Source of the DNA: Corallochytrium limacisporum Hawaii
Lineage: Eukaryota; Protista; Pluriformea
Direction of reading: 5' to 3'
NCBI GenBank assembly: GCA_002811645.1
Contig: PDIP01000142.1
Coordinates: 1-64,000 of the forward strand
Length of the DNA stretch: 64,000 bases
The notes beneath the pieces are model-generated. The model made no database searches. It saw only the letters and a program-made list of their open reading frames with translations, and had not been told where the DNA came from. The position numbers and the translations under genes are program-made. Each line of letters opens with the position of its first letter. Position 1 is the stretch's first letter. Below are positions 31,672-45,094 of this stretch, piece after piece.

Positions 31672-33118
31672 GGTTAATCCCGGTAGCTGAATTCTACGTA
31701 ACCATCATTCTGTCTCAATATCTGGTGGCTATCTCACATACAAAAATTAAATGCTTATGACCATATTTCAGCACAGGATTCACTCACCATACGCTTAAAG
31801 AGCTGATCAAGCCACTCATCACTGCTCAGTTGAACCAACTGGTCGGTCCGAAGGGCCAGGGGAGGGGCGTCCCGCCCCTTCTTGCCCCCCCTACCTACCC
31901 CCCCCCGCGGCAAGTGCAAAGCAATCCCCACCGGGCCAGTAGGAACCAAGAATCAAAATTGGCCCAAGAGACCCACCACCAACTTTTCTATTACCAAAGA
32001 AAGATGACCTAATAGCGCCACCGCCCTTAACTCCTTCCCTAGATAGCGCCCGTTGCCGTACATAATCTACCGTGGTGATAACAAATGGGCAAAACGGGAA
32101 AATTTTTCTTCGTCCTTGCTCCACAATCGCCAACTCGCACAGAGCGCGTCATCCGCACAGCCGTATTTCAAAAAGCTCTTCGGCGAGCGGAAGGTTTTGG
32201 CCGTGTTTTCTTTCCTCGTTCTTTGCTGGCCAGGTGCGGCGGCTCGGATGAAGGAGGTGGCCGGTTGACACGTTGCCGGAGTGAAGAGCCAGTGGTAAAC
32301 CCAGCAAAAAAGGAACTGTCGCCCCCCCCCCCCGGGGGTCCGTGTGTCGTGCTGAGTCGGTGAGAGGGGGGCTCTTTGTCCAAATAAGAAAAAAGAAAGG
32401 AGAAAAGAAGCCAAAACCGACCGAAGAAGCCGCCTAAGGAATCAATAGCCAAATCATAAACCCATTCCTTCCTTTTTGTTCATAGTCTGGGGGCCCAATA
32501 CCCCCCCCCCTCCCAATAGTTTCCACGCTCTTCTTCACCGGGGCCGCTCGGGCTGGGGAGCGCACAAATACCGGCCCCCCCAGGAAACACACATTTCGTC
32601 ACCGGCCAGGAAAAACACACACGAAAAATTCTTGGGGGAGGGTGGAAATTTTTCACAAAAAATATTGACACCGACAATATTTCCATTAGAAGAGGGGGGA
32701 CCTGGAATGCAATTAGATACTAAATGTACTCATATAGGGGACCGACCATATCTCCATATAAATGTACTATTCGCGTTTCACTAGTCCCACACCTAGTACA
32801 TTCAGTACTTACAGCAACTTGGGACTAGGGTTCGGTACACACATCCCAGCGGTCCAACCTTCCCGGTGTTGGTGCGGTCCACTATGTGACCTGAGGAAGG
32901 CCGAGGCCTATTCTGAAGCGGTAGTGAAGACTGTATATTGAGCGAGCGCAGAATGCATGAGGCACCTTAGTCAACCTGACGGCTCATAGTCTATTGGATG
33001 CTATGATAGGGCTATTTCAAGTTATTTAGTGATTTCCACTTATAGGTATGCACCTTTAACTTCAAGCCAGGGCTTCAAATCAGGGAGTTAGTCAAGTAAT
33101 TCTAGAAACAACATAGCA

Positions 33119-33694
33119 ATGGCACTGAAGCTGCAGAAGAGGCTCGCTGCCTCCGTCATGAAGTGCGGTGAGAACAAGGTCTGGATGGACCCCAGCGAAA
33201 CTGATGAGATCGCTAACGCCAACTCTCGCGCCAATGTCCGCAAGCTGATCAAGGACGGTCTGATCATCCGCCTGCCACAGGTTATCCACTCTCGGGCTCG
33301 GGCTCGCAGCCATTTGGAGGCTAAGCGCAAGGGTCGCCACACCGGTCCGGGTAAGCGTCGCGGTACTGCCGATGCTCGCATGCCCGAGAAGGTTCTGTGG
33401 ATGCGGCGCCAACGGGTTCTGCGTAATCTGCTCCGCAAGTACCGCATGCAGAAGAAGATCAACAAGCACCTGTACCACGAGCTGTACATGAAGAGCAAGG
33501 GTAACGTGTTCAAGAACCGTCGTGTCCTGATGGAGTACATCTTCCAGAAGAAGGCTCAATTGGCCCGTGAGAAGATGCTTGCTGAGCAGGCTGAGGCCCG
33601 CCGTACCAAGAACAAGAACATGCGTGAGCGCCGTGCCAAGAAGCAGGCTGAGAAGCGTGCTGAGCTGTTCGGTGAGGAACCTGAGTCCAAGTAA
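33119..33694 (+). CDS. RPL19: 60S ribosomal protein L19 (eL19)
   Basis: [41 protein letters not shown]...[17 protein letters not shown]...[15 protein letters not shown]. Confidence 0.98.
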   Translation: MALKLQKRLAASVMKCGENKVWMDPSETDEIANANSRANVRKLIKDGLIIRLPQVIHSRARARSHLEAKRKGRHTGPGKRRGTADARMPEKVLWMRRQRVLRNLLRKYRMQKKINKHLYHELYMKSKGNVFKNRRVLMEYIFQKKAQLAREKMLAEQAEARRTKNKNMRERRAKKQAEKRAELFGEEPESK

Positions 33695-34138
33695 GTTGAC
33701 TGCATGGTATATCTATCATCAACAGATTTGAAAGTCAATGACTGCATTCATGTTCTAGTATTTTGCAGGTTCGATGGATACGGATGGCACTATGTGACTC
33801 AGAAGTAGTAGTTTCAATGTTCTGATATCTGTTGGCCATCTTCAATCTTAGAACCTGTTCACTTTTTCCATCATTTTCATTCTTGCACATTTTCACACAC
33901 CTTTAAAATGTTTCTCAAACACAATATGACATTTCATGTTACAAACCATGACACATCCCATGCTACGGGATGCGTCGTATTAATACATAGCATAAGTTAA
34001 GTACAATTCTAAACAACTTTCAAATTTGATCATGAATCAAATGTATGTTATATTTATGAGTCCGTTTCCGCCAGGAAGCATTGTTTGGCGATCCAGGCTT
34101 GTCTTTGGTAGTGTACTGAATATCCAATTTAGGCCAAT

Positions 34139-34327
34139 TTAGAGGAAACCGAAAATGTATGCAATACCAGAAACCACAGAAGATCCGACAACCACAAATA
34201 CCATGAACCACACAATCCGCTGGTCAAGCTGACGCTCCTTCTCTGGCTTCTCTTGAAGACCACGCTTGGTGATGTTTTTGGCATATGCCTCAGACTTCTT
34301 CTGGATTGCGCGGGGTTTTGGAGGCAT
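34139..34327 (-). CDS. SERP1: Stress-associated ER protein / ribosome-associated membrane protein 4 (62 aa, tail-anchored)
   Basis: MPPKPRAIQKKSEAYAKNITKRG...FMVFVVVGSSV matches the RAMP4 consensus KNITKRG...LFIFVVCGSA. Confidence 0.88.
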   Translation of the reverse strand: MPPKPRAIQKKSEAYAKNITKRGLQEKPEKERQLDQRIVWFMVFVVVGSSVVSGIAYIFGFL

Positions 34328-34794
34328 CTTTGCAAAATTCAAACTTCTACCTTGTCATATGGTGAATATTACCTTGTCGGAAGGTGATTTCCGACGCTAA
34401 ATGTGATATTTAACTAGCTTGGAGCTGTCAAAGTTCACATTGCTTCTTACTCACATCGTGATCTCAAGAACAGAAGTGCAACGCATTGCCGTCACGTCCA
34501 GATGTGTCGTTGCGGAAAGGTGTCGCCTGTGATGTTGAGGCACAGCGAAAACAATAAGCGCAACAGCCCGATGGCTCCCCTACCGACCCTCCTCCAGTGA
34601 GGGCGGGAAAGTGGGGGAGGGATATAGTCGGACGCGAGAAACGAGCTGAGAGAAGTGATGGCGCCGTAGAGTCCGATGTGATGGCGATGTGGTGGTCTAC
34701 ATGTTTTTGATACTATTTCTATTGTATTTTGACGTGCTTGTTTGTTCATATATTTTATCATCTGTAAGGGACAGTCAACAATGTGTTTGCTCCT

Positions 34795-37700
34795 TCATCG
34801 GGAATATTTCGGCGTAGTGACACCATCTCGGCGGAACAGGCTGCTACGGTACGGCGAAGGACCACCGATCGGCGAGTTGCGAGACGGAGTGTTGAAAGTG
34901 TCACGGCCCCGAGGGAACGGCGACATTGCTGCCTGTGGGCTAAGTGCAATGTTTTCGCCATAACTGCGTTCGCTGCTAAGCCAAACTGTCGTGGTACGGG
35001 ATGTGGCATAGAGGAGACCCACCCCGGCCAGCAGCAACGGCAGCAGAATGGTCGCCCACTGGGGTACGTACAGGCTGATATCAATGCCCTTGCCACCAGA
35101 CATGCGCGGACGGTCCATCGGATTGTAGCGCAGAGAAACGGTTTGGGTTTGTCCAGTCTTGGCACTGCGAAAATGTACACGCACATCCTCCGGCTCATAG
35201 ATGCTGTGGTACGGCCTCAGAGTGAAACTAGTTCCACTGCAAGACCCGTCAGCGTTTCGCAAACCTCGTGGGCACGAAGTAGCCAACGCACCGCCCTTTT
35301 CAATGATGAAGCGGCCCGATTTGTCAGTAGTAACATGCAGATGGTCAATAATCACTGGTGGTCCACGAACCACAATGCCACCGTCCGCTTCAGATGCGGT
35401 GATCTCGTCTCCCACAGTTGTAACGACAAAGGCAGCCTGGAATGGTACACTAACAACCTCGGTTACTCGCTCGGCTCCCACCATATCGCTAGCAGAAACC
35501 TTGATGCTGATAGAGGTTACCGTTGCAGAGTCCTCGCTCATGTCGATGGCTCGCAAACGGCAGGTGTAACGGCCATGGGCATCAATGTGACCACTGGTGA
35601 CTTCGAACCAATCGGCATAGTCGAGAACCTCACAAGTCACGTTCACCGCAGGAAGCCCCATGGCACCCTGGAATCCCTGGCATGGGGGCAACACACTAAA
35701 GGTCTGGTCATAATCGCCTGCGGGCTGATTGTCCAGACGTGCTTTCACAACAACAGGGATATCCTGATACTCCGCCTCCTTGTCACCCATCAGGTTGTTG
35801 ATCACCATGTCATCAGGCAGCTCAAAGTTGACACTCTTGACATGAGCGACATGTGCCTGCGTCCGAGTTTGGAACTTGGATTCATACGTAATGGTCGTTT
35901 CTCCATACCCCACGGCGTCTGCATAGCCGTCAGAGTCAATCCTTAAAATTTCTTCGTTTCCGGAACTCCAGTTAGTGCCGGAGACTCCACCAGACGTGAT
36001 GCTGTCATCAACACCAAAGCAGACACGACTGCCCAGAGACACGATAGCCTCAGCGGGGCGAATTCCATACGCTACGCGGACACGGAGATAGTCAGCAGCA
36101 TCGGCCTGACGCTTCAGTCCAACCTTCAGGACCTCGTTGCCGCGCTGTAAGGCCTTAACTAACAGACGTCCAGTCTCCTGGTTATGTTCCACAGCGAGAA
36201 CGTCATGGCGATTCGATGAGACATCGAGGTTGACGTAGGCTGCAGTTGTAAACGTGCGGCCAAGATCATCGTGCAGACGAACAACGACCTCCTGTTCCAT
36301 GCCAAGTGGCAGCATCAACTGCTCGCGAATGCCACCACGACCACCTATCGGGTTCATCACTGCAGAGCCTTCTACTGGCTCCAGGCTAAGACCAACAGGC
36401 CGCTTGACTTCAACAGTGGCAATCATGGTTTGATTAAGGCCTCTATGTTGACTGGCCATCAAGACTCCAAAGGTTCCTGGGCTTTGAGAGGTCGTGATCA
36501 GTCCACTAGCATCCACAGTGATTCCCTGCTTCTTGGTCACCAAACCGTCACCGATGACCTTGAAGGTAGCGGAATGATTGGGGTTCAGTTGGTAGGCAGA
36601 TCCCACGGGAAGAATCAGCTTCTGCGGACCCTCCAAAACAAATTCCTCTACCACTTCAAATTGCCGACGGGCACGAATGCTTCGTCCCGCAGGGAAATAC
36701 GGGCACTCCACGCTTACACTAACAAATGCCGAGCCTGGGTTGTTGGCCAAGATGCGTACAGAGAAATCTGCCTCAATGCCAAGGGACTCTGTGGATTCGC
36801 CATGAATTGACCGTAAGTCAATTACGCTAGTATCGTCACTGGTCCAACGGAACGAGCACTCCGCACCGGCAACTGAGAACGGCGTCTCATTCATTTCTCC
36901 CTCAACGTGCACAACGACGTCTGCACCGGTTGTAAAAATCTTACGCGGAGCGTGGATGACAACGCTGCGCATATCCACAACATTAACATCCATAGTGTCC
37001 TGTAAAGTACAAGGGAAATGAAAAACTACATGTTAGTCATCGATCCATGGAAAACAGTTGCAAAGAGACATGGGATTGACAGGACAGCATCAGAAGGAAG
37101 GCAGAAGAGTGATGATTGTTTCAGCATGGAAAAAATCAGCCAAAAAATATCCACTCGTTTCATCGTATGAAGTCCTTATCACATTCAAGAGCCTGATGTG
37201 AGTGAAATACTTACACTTGAGAACATCGCGGAGAATCCGCGGGGCTGGCGGAACGTTGCAGTAATTTCAGTTCGCCCAATTTTGTTGGCAGTAATCAGGC
37301 CATGCGGGTCTACACTGACAATGTCATCAGCACCTGAGCTGAAGGTTGGCGTGATCTGCGGCACTCCCCCGGTTAATAGCGGCTGGAACTGAGATCCAGG
37401 AATTAGAACAATTTCCTTCGGAGAGAACGCGATCGGCTCATAGACACTGACGTCAACATAGTCAGAAGATTCAGAACCTGATCCCAATCGGAAGGTTACG
37501 CGACCCTCACCGGGGGTAATACCCGTGATGTTGAAAAGTTGACCCATGGCAGTCACAGCCATACCTCCATCATCAGTACGGCAGGGTTCAACAGTGAAAC
37601 TACCGCTGCTGTGTTCAGCATGCACCTTTAGACCGCCGTATTCCTCAGCGTCAAAGGCATGGTTTGTGACACCCACGACACGCACGTACAGATTGCTCAT

Positions 37701-40523
37701 GTGGTCTCCAGCAGCAACGTAGATATGCGCGGCCGGATCCACTTCAACGAATGACGGCTTGTCTACAATCACCGAGATTTTTACTTGACCTGCGCCAACA
37801 ACACACCGATCACGCACAACCAGTTCCGTAACGCCCAAGGCTTTGGGCATAATCTGCAGCATGTTGTTGAATATGCGAGCTTCAACATTCCTGTCCCCAA
37901 GGGTCTGTTCAATTACAAAGTTGCCACTGCCGCCCAGGAAGGTAACCATGCGAGGCTCAGTATTGTCCGGGAAGGTCACAAGCTCCGACCTTGAAGCCCG
38001 CGTGTTGGGCTTGAAAGAGATATCTACCCTACCCTTCAGCTTACCAGCAGATGCTTCGACAGCAACCTTCTCCATATCCTCTTCTACGTCACCTTTGTAG
38101 GTCACTACACACATGATGTGACCCTTGGCAGGAACTTTCTGCACGGACATACTCACGGGGCGGGTAGTATGTGTCGAGCACGCAGCTTCAAGAGAGGTAT
38201 TGTTATCAAATGAGCGCTGAGTAGCATCCTTGAAGTCCAGAACTAGAGCCAAGTCTGACAGAGGGGAGGCAAAGATGTCGGAACCGCACGCAGGGTCGCT
38301 AACGGCATCCCGGGGCACGACATCTAGGCTTTGGGGATCTGCACATTGGTACGCAATGGAATGTACAACGAGACTCTTACTTCCAGATGCTTTCTCACGG
38401 AGCTCCAAAGTATCCTCCACATGATCTAGACAAGTAACGCGCCATTTGCGCTTTACCAGGCCAGAACTGGGCACCATGCCCAGCGATTCAATCCGGATCT
38501 TGTTTTCTTTGGAGGATTCAATGGTGATCAACTTTCCATCAGAGGGACCGCCCTGAGTAATGATGTCGTAAGATGCACCTTTGGTGATCAAAATAGACTC
38601 CTGCTGAGGGTAGAGAAGCTCTAATTTCTCGTGGACGGTGATTTCAAGACGGCTACGCGGTTGATCTTCGATTTCGAGGTATGCAGAGACCGAAGTGGAG
38701 CCCTGGCTTCGTCCCCGAACAACAAACATCCGACAGATGCCACCCATTTCGTATCCAGCACTCACAGGCTCCGAATCTTCGGCTACAACCACACCATCGG
38801 CATTGTTCAGGAAATGGAAGGGCAGGAATCCACACCCAGAGAAGTACTTCCCGTCGCTACGAACAGCACGGATACCAACCTTTTGCTCTCCGCCAGCTTC
38901 AATGGAAAGATGAGACATAGTAGAGTAGGTTGTGTCGGCCATACTCACAAACTCAATAGATGCCACACCGAGTACCTGCACAGTGAAAGGGGCCTGGTTT
39001 TCGGCATTAATGGCATCGTAGCAGACACCGTGACTTGTTCCAATTGCCAACGGCTTCAGTCTGCCATCTGTGTCCACCTGCACGCTTGCACCATCAACGA
39101 GATTGCAAATAAATGGGAATTTGGACGCGTGCAGTTGGAAGGATCCAACTCCTCCCAGTGGCAGGACCGCTGGATTGGGGTCCAGGGATATCGGCGTGTC
39201 GATTTGAATTGTGTGTTGGACCTCGCGACCAGTCTCTTCAATCTTTGCCTTCAGCTTACGAATTCCTTGTTTGTCCGCTGTGAGTTCGTAGTAAGTAGCA
39301 TTACGACTGGCGGTCACGTCACGGAAGTGGTAGTCCGTGACTAGGGGAGGATCTATGTCGAGAAGGAAGTTCAGGCCCATATACATAACATGGTTCTCCT
39401 TGTCCTTCACAATGTACTGGGCAACGTAGCGATAGCCCTGTATAAGAATAAATCCTCGATTCTGAGTTTGTTTAACTTCCTTACCGTTTTCCATGGACAT
39501 GATGCGCAAGTCGGCAGTATGGGCATTCACAACGTGGATTTCAGAGGTCTCCTTTCTGTTGTCAGCTTTCACGTCTTCAACAACAACCCTGGTGGTACCA
39601 AGTTCCAAAGCCTCCAGATGTCCAGTATTTCGGAGCACAGCAACGCCCTCATCTTCCACCATTGCCTTGAAGGAATTGTTGGGAAGAGTCAACTCCAGAT
39701 TCTGTTGACGAATGCGGATAATTTTGATCATGAACATATCGCCCCTCTGCACAAAGAGAGGACTCATTGGAAGCAGCATGAAAGGGTCCATAACCATGAC
39801 TTCCACAGTGGACTGCAAAAGTCCATAGGTGGCGCTCTGGTATGTGGCAGTAATGCGCCCCTTACCAGTACTGATACCCTTGACCAAAATCTTCGGACCC
39901 CGCAGGCCCAAAGATTCCATTTCCAGTTCAGTATCAGTGGCTTTATACTGCGAGTCTGCAAAGTCAACAATCTCCAGAATGTCTCCACTGCTCACGCCAT
40001 CTGAGCGCTCAACGCTCCAATTGAACTTCAATCCATCAAGAGAGCTAAACAGGTTGTTGTCTTCGTCATATGCCTGAATGAAGATGTCTTCAACCATGTC
40101 AAAAGTCAACTCTCGACTGGTAGTAGCAATTTCTATTCGCTTGATATCCCTAACATGGACCTCACAGAACAGTTTCGTGTTTGTCGTCTTCTCCGTTGCT
40201 ATGATTCGTGCAGGGTTTCGTTCTGGTTTGGTGCTAATGGAGCCTACCACAACCTCGCTGGTGCCCCCACTACAAGCTAGTGGTTCCAGAGTGACAAGGC
40301 TGGAATCCGTGACTGCCCAGTCATAACATCCGTGCAGAGCCCGAAGGGTAAAATTTGTTCGTGCATATGCATATTCACTGTGTGGCAATAGGATCTGAAC
40401 ATCACTCAGAAGGTTACTGGACGCATTTGCCAACACAGAGGCAACTGAAACTCCCAAACCAGTAAGCACTAGCGATGTGGCGAGAATCAGCCGGATCTGG
40501 TGCCACTGTGTTCGCAAGCTCAT
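34795..40523 (-). CDS. NUP210: Nuclear pore membrane glycoprotein gp210; 2 exons (37215-40523 and 34795-36999), intron 37000-37214
   Basis: Signal peptide, ILLP...NFTLRA..GCYDW, IEIATTSREL, IQAYDEDNNLFSSLDGLKFNWSV, tandem Ig-like repeats, C-terminal TM helix and short S/TP-rich tail. The phase-0 intron GTAAGT...ACTAAC...TTTACAG joins the two track ORFs in frame (AMFSS|DTMDV). Confidence 0.92.
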
Positions 40524-41269
40524 ATTGCGAATAAGAAAACAGACACTTAACTGCAAGATAATCGTTTACATTACGACTAGTTCACACGCCTTATCACATA
40601 TTCCAAGAATTCCGACAAGAATGCAATATCGCAGTTGGTCCTACATGTGGGGTCTTGAGTACCAGGCTGATTCATGATTCACAGCACACAGACAAAGAAG
40701 AAGGGAGAGCGTATTCGTGAGTCGGCGATTTTGTCACAACGCGGAGTGACGACTTTTGCGAGCCTCATCAGGCACGAATCCTGCCCACGATGGCTTCAGT
40801 TGTACCTCCCTCACTCAGGTGGGGAGTGTTTTGCGTCCGTACTCGCCGGCAATAGTGGACTAAAGAAAGTGTGAAACCGACGCACAGTGAAGAGAGAACC
40901 AAAAACATGTGGCTAATTTCCTTCCTAACACACGGAAGACATGGGATAGCTTTGGGTGCCTGAAGTGGGAGGTATATGCCTGAGAAAGCTATATACTGCA
41001 GTCCTTGTGTTTACTGACTACAAGGGGGGGGNNNNNNNNNNNNNNNNNNNNNNNNNNNNNNNNNNNNNNNNNNNNNNNNNNNGGGGGGGGCCGAGGAAGA
41101 AAATGGCGCGCCAAAAATATCAGAGCCTTCCAGGGCTGGACAAGCGCCTGGCCATACGAGTCAGTCGGGCAGCCCATGCATAAATGACTATGGAGAGAAC
41201 CATGTAAACAGGTTCAGAGTTGCTATTGGTTCATGTAATATAGATTCTAGTGTATATGAGCAGGGCAAA

Positions 41270-44200
41270 TCAAGGTTCGTCAGCGTACAGCCAGTCAGCC
41301 GTGGGCGGTTTGGCCCTGCTGACAAAGGACTGGACAATGTCTCCCATGTAGCGATCCAAAATGTCAATGATGTTGAGACTGCGTGCCTTCACAATGGAAA
41401 CCTTCGAGCACAAGGTGGCGAGGTTAACATTCTCCAGAGTCACATCCTTGCGGTCGGTCACCCATGTCCGCAACAGCTGATAGCTAAAATCGAGGCCAGT
41501 ATAGCGATGGCGCTGACCCAAGAGATACAGCATAGCGATACCACCCCACTGCAATCCTTCTCCGAAAAGAATGTCGGGGTCCAGCTGATCGCTAGTCATG
41601 GAACACACAATGGAGAATTGGATTGCCGACCACAAGCGATGGAATTCTGTGGTGTTGTGGATCGAAAGGTCACTTGGATTGCTGTAGTCAGCCTTTTCAA
41701 CAAGACCCTCCTGGCGGAGCAGATAGTCTCGCAGCTGCAGCAGGGCCCCACGGAAGAGAGACTTCCTTTCCAGTTCGGCGTCAGCCAATGTCACTACTTC
41801 ACGATTAATATCCTGACGGGGATCCTCGCTGATGTCTTTGCCCTTTTGTATGGTGGAGTACACATCAGTCCATTGTCGGGTCGATTCGTCTCCTGGCACT
41901 GACGCCAGAGGAGTGGTGTGGGAGGCCTTCGTGAAGATATCAGCGGTGAGCTCAATGTCGAGGATCATCATGAAGATGAGGGTATTTCCAAGCTCCCGGA
42001 ATGCCTGCAGAACCTCTCCTTGTAAATCAGGATACTCGCGTACACTGCGCAACTGATTGAGGTACCGAGCGAACAGCTGGTCAGAAGTCTCCTCATCGCC
42101 CACCCGGGTGATTTCTGGCGGCAGGGCAAGAACCATACCTTGGAAGTACGGTATCAGGGTGTTCTCCAAAAGGAGCTCGACGGATTTGAGAATTTCTTCA
42201 ACCAGAACTGCTAGGGAGCCGCGGTCAAGAAGTTTGATCATCCTCTGGATGTGCTGATGACCAACAAAACCTGTGTGAAGAAGTTGAATCGCCTGATACA
42301 TCTGGTTTAGGGCAACCGAGCCATACTGCATGGCAATGTTCCTCTGCGGTGCGACTTCCCTACGCATTTCTTCAACGAATGTAACAGGAGAACGGATGAA
42401 TCGTGATGTTGTGTGATTGTAGCAGTAGTTTGGCAAAAAATCAGAGACAAACTCCCAGGCAGTATGCAGCAGCAAACGACCGCTCGATGTTGCCACAGTA
42501 AGCGTACCGTCCGCGGCCGCGCGAAGGTCGTCACTTGAGTCCAGATAAATCACCTTCGACAACTCGTCATGCATAATGCGCAGAGTCTGGAACTGATCAC
42601 AGAGAGCGATGACTCCTGTAAAGTCACTAGATTCATACTGTGCCAACGCCAAGTCATAGGATTTGTACAGCATGCGGTTTACACGGCGAGAGATCAGAGA
42701 AGACAAATCAATGCGCCGGCCCAACACATATAGCTGCCTCTCCTGCATTAAGCTGCTGTACTCTTTGGGGACACCGACAATGTCCATAAGAGGTGCCTTT
42801 GAAACCTTCAGTACCTGTGCTCTCATTCCCTTATCGACATTCAGTGACCCAGCCTTCAGCTTGTAGTGACGGAAGATCTCCTCTGAAAGACGAAGAACAA
42901 CTTCATCCAAGGCCAGGGAGGCCTCCGATTCTATTTCATTGAAGAGGTACTGGGAATTCAGAGTCGACAGAGCCATGCGCCCGGCATCGTTGTACACTGA
43001 CATCAAGTACATAGTGAATTCCAGCAAGGACGGATTCCCTGTGGAAACCGTTTCATCAAGCAACATCCATGGAAGGGATGCTTCCATGGGAAGTTGTGGA
43101 AGCCCCCGTGTGAGTGAGAGACCTTTCTCTCGGTACCACAAGTGACCCAGATCAGATGCATTTGTTACGGTCTCAGAGTACGAAGCCAAATGCATGTAGT
43201 AGCGACTCTTCTTGTAAAGTTTGGTCAAGATCTTCAGATCGTCATCAGTGAATGGATTCTTCTTACGTTCTTTGTGATCCTGTTCCAAGCCAGCACCGTT
43301 TAAAATCTGCTCAAGCAGGTAGCGCATGTGATTGATTTGCATCTCAGTCGGTAAAGTCATCTTGCGTCCGAGTTTCGCCTGCCATTTCTCCTTAGACTTG
43401 GATATTCCGAGGAAAGGATCTGCGTCTGGGTTTACCTTAGGGTGAAAATCTGCCATGGCTGAGCGAAGACGCAATAATACAGATGTGATCTTGCCATTCT
43501 TCTTCTTGATCGCGGCCTTGATCATGGCACGCATTGTGACTTGAACAAACTTCTGTGTCTCGAGATAAATGGAGTAGCGAAGCACGTCAGCAAATTGCTT
43601 TTCCACGTCCATCAAATTTCTCGCCAGGGATTTCAAGATACCGACAAGCTCCACCAAAGAAAGTTTCTCCTTTGGGAACATATTATACCTCAGGCTCCGC
43701 TCATGCTCTTCTGCATTATCAGGGATACCGTCACGGAAGTTTGCGGACCCCGGATTGGCCAAAAGAAAGGCATATGCTTCCAAAATCTTGCTCTGCACAT
43801 ATCCCAGCTGTCGCAGCCCCGAGAGAACATAGTCAGAGCAGATGGTGTCTACACCGCTAGGCAAAACCAAACGGTGGCGCAGTCGATTCTCCGGCTCATC
43901 CATCACGTCTGACAAGTGATTAGTGAAGATTGTGAAGTTGGCGAAGAAGGAGTTGACATCGTTCTTGACTTGCTCGGTGAGCTTATCTAGCATAGGAAAT
44001 TGGACAGGAGATGAAAGAAGAGCTGTCACCTCCAAACTGTCTTCATGATTGGGACATCTGCGAAGGAAGGATAACAGCACGCAAGGGATATCACCTAGCA
44101 TGGGAATGGACGGCGTCTCACGCAGAACAGACACTAAGACTTGGAAATCAATGAAGGATTCCCGGAAAAGTCCGTCTGGTTCACCACTCTCCAGCCCGGC

Positions 44201-45094
44201 CTTGTCGAGAAGGTACAATGCAGCCATGCCTCCACGCAACAATTGATACTTTTCCTCTGCGGTGATGAACCTTCGGTCTTTGACAGCAAGCAGACTGCGG
44301 TTCACAATGGGGCAAATTACTGGAATACGAACTTTCAATCGTCGCAAGAAGCCTACCATAGTCTCCAGTACGGAGTCACGTCGGGAAATGAAGGCCATAA
44401 CCTCTTTGCTATTTTCGTATGGATTTAGTGTTGCCTTTCCATAGGGTTTGGTCTGGTACACTGAGTATTCTGTAGACAAGTTGGTTCGCATGTTGATCAC
44501 GGCGTCAAGGACTGCCATTGCGCTCAGAGCACGCGTGCAAGCCACGACCAGAAAATCCAAAGGAATCTTCAAACCCGAGTCCCGCTGGTCAAGGAATATG
44601 TTTCCCATGTTGATGACGATCCGCTCACCTTTATCAATGGCAAACTCTACCATGCTTTCGATATTTAGGGCACGAACATTCAGGGACTTTGAGTACTCCT
44701 TTCTGTAGCGCTCTCTGAGGGATTCAGGAAGATTGTCAGGAGTCTGATCCGCGACATACTGCCCGGCCTTTTCACGGGGCAAGAGCCGAGCCAGTGGTCG
44801 CCAAGTGTACGCCTGATGGGCCCAATTCATGGCATCATCTGCAATTTGATTCAGCTCAGCAGCAAACCCGGCTACTCTTTCAAAGTTCTTGTCTAGAAGA
44901 GGGGCTCCTTCTCCCATCTGCATAGGCGCCTCTTTCGGCGTATATGTTAAGCCATTCCCTGTGGCTTGCAAGGGGTACTCGTTGTCAGGAAGGATATAAG
45001 CGTCAAGCGCTGCAACATTCTTTAATGCGTTCTCCAAATCCGCACGCCTCGCCTCAGATGCGAGGTGGTTAGAAGCGGTGGCTACCGACGCCAT
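41270..45094 (-). CDS. CYFIP: CYFIP/Sra1/PIR121 family protein (WAVE regulatory complex), divergent
   Basis: YTWRPLAR, ERSLRYN, ASDLGHLWYRE, QLPMEASLPWML, YNDA...QYLFNEIESEA, LGRRIDL, DFLPNYCYNHTTSRFIRS, EFHRLWSAIQF, FGEGLQWGG. Length of 1274 aa fits the family. Confidence 0.93.
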   Translation of the reverse strand: MASVATASNHLASEARRADLENALKNVAALDAYILPDNEYPLQATGNGLTYTPKEAPMQMGEGAPLLDKNFERVAGFAAELNQIADDAMNWAHQAYTWRPLARLLPREKAGQYVADQTPDNLPESLRERYRKEYSKSLNVRALNIESMVEFAIDKGERIVINMGNIFLDQRDSGLKIPLDFLVVACTRALSAMAVLDAVINMRTNLSTEYSVYQTKPYGKATLNPYENSKEVMAFISRRDSVLETMVGFLRRLKVRIPVICPIVNRSLLAVKDRRFITAEEKYQLLRGGMAALYLLDKAGLESGEPDGLFRESFIDFQVLVSVLRETPSIPMLGDIPCVLLSFLRRCPNHEDSLEVTALLSSPVQFPMLDKLTEQVKNDVNSFFANFTIFTNHLSDVMDEPENRLRHRLVLPSGVDTICSDYVLSGLRQLGYVQSKILEAYAFLLANPGSANFRDGIPDNAEEHERSLRYNMFPKEKLSLVELVGILKSLARNLMDVEKQFADVLRYSIYLETQKFVQVTMRAMIKAAIKKKNGKITSVLLRLRSAMADFHPKVNPDADPFLGISKSKEKWQAKLGRKMTLPTEMQINHMRYLLEQILNGAGLEQDHKERKKNPFTDDDLKILTKLYKKSRYYMHLASYSETVTNASDLGHLWYREKGLSLTRGLPQLPMEASLPWMLLDETVSTGNPSLLEFTMYLMSVYNDAGRMALSTLNSQYLFNEIESEASLALDEVVLRLSEEIFRHYKLKAGSLNVDKGMRAQVLKVSKAPLMDIVGVPKEYSSLMQERQLYVLGRRIDLSSLISRRVNRMLYKSYDLALAQYESSDFTGVIALCDQFQTLRIMHDELSKVIYLDSSDDLRAAADGTLTVATSSGRLLLHTAWEFVSDFLPNYCYNHTTSRFIRSPVTFVEEMRREVAPQRNIAMQYGSVALNQMYQAIQLLHTGFVGHQHIQRMIKLLDRGSLAVLVEEILKSVELLLENTLIPYFQGMVLALPPEITRVGDEETSDQLFARYLNQLRSVREYPDLQGEVLQAFRELGNTLIFMMILDIELTADIFTKASHTTPLASVPGDESTRQWTDVYSTIQKGKDISEDPRQDINREVVTLADAELERKSLFRGALLQLRDYLLRQEGLVEKADYSNPSDLSIHNTTEFHRLWSAIQFSIVCSMTSDQLDPDILFGEGLQWGGIAMLYLLGQRHRYTGLDFSYQLLRTWVTDRKDVTLENVNLATLCSKVSIVKARSLNIIDILDRYMGDIVQSFVSRAKPPTADWLYADEP

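Noticed and set aside
34783-35946. 387-aa antisense ORF over NUP210, and the 396-aa antisense ORF 57278-58468 over AMACR
   Set aside because: Antisense shadows caused by codon bias of well-supported genes on the other strand.
36993-37185. NUP210 as two separate genes or a pseudogene
   Set aside because: A canonical phase-0 intron (37000-37214) with a branch point joins them in frame.
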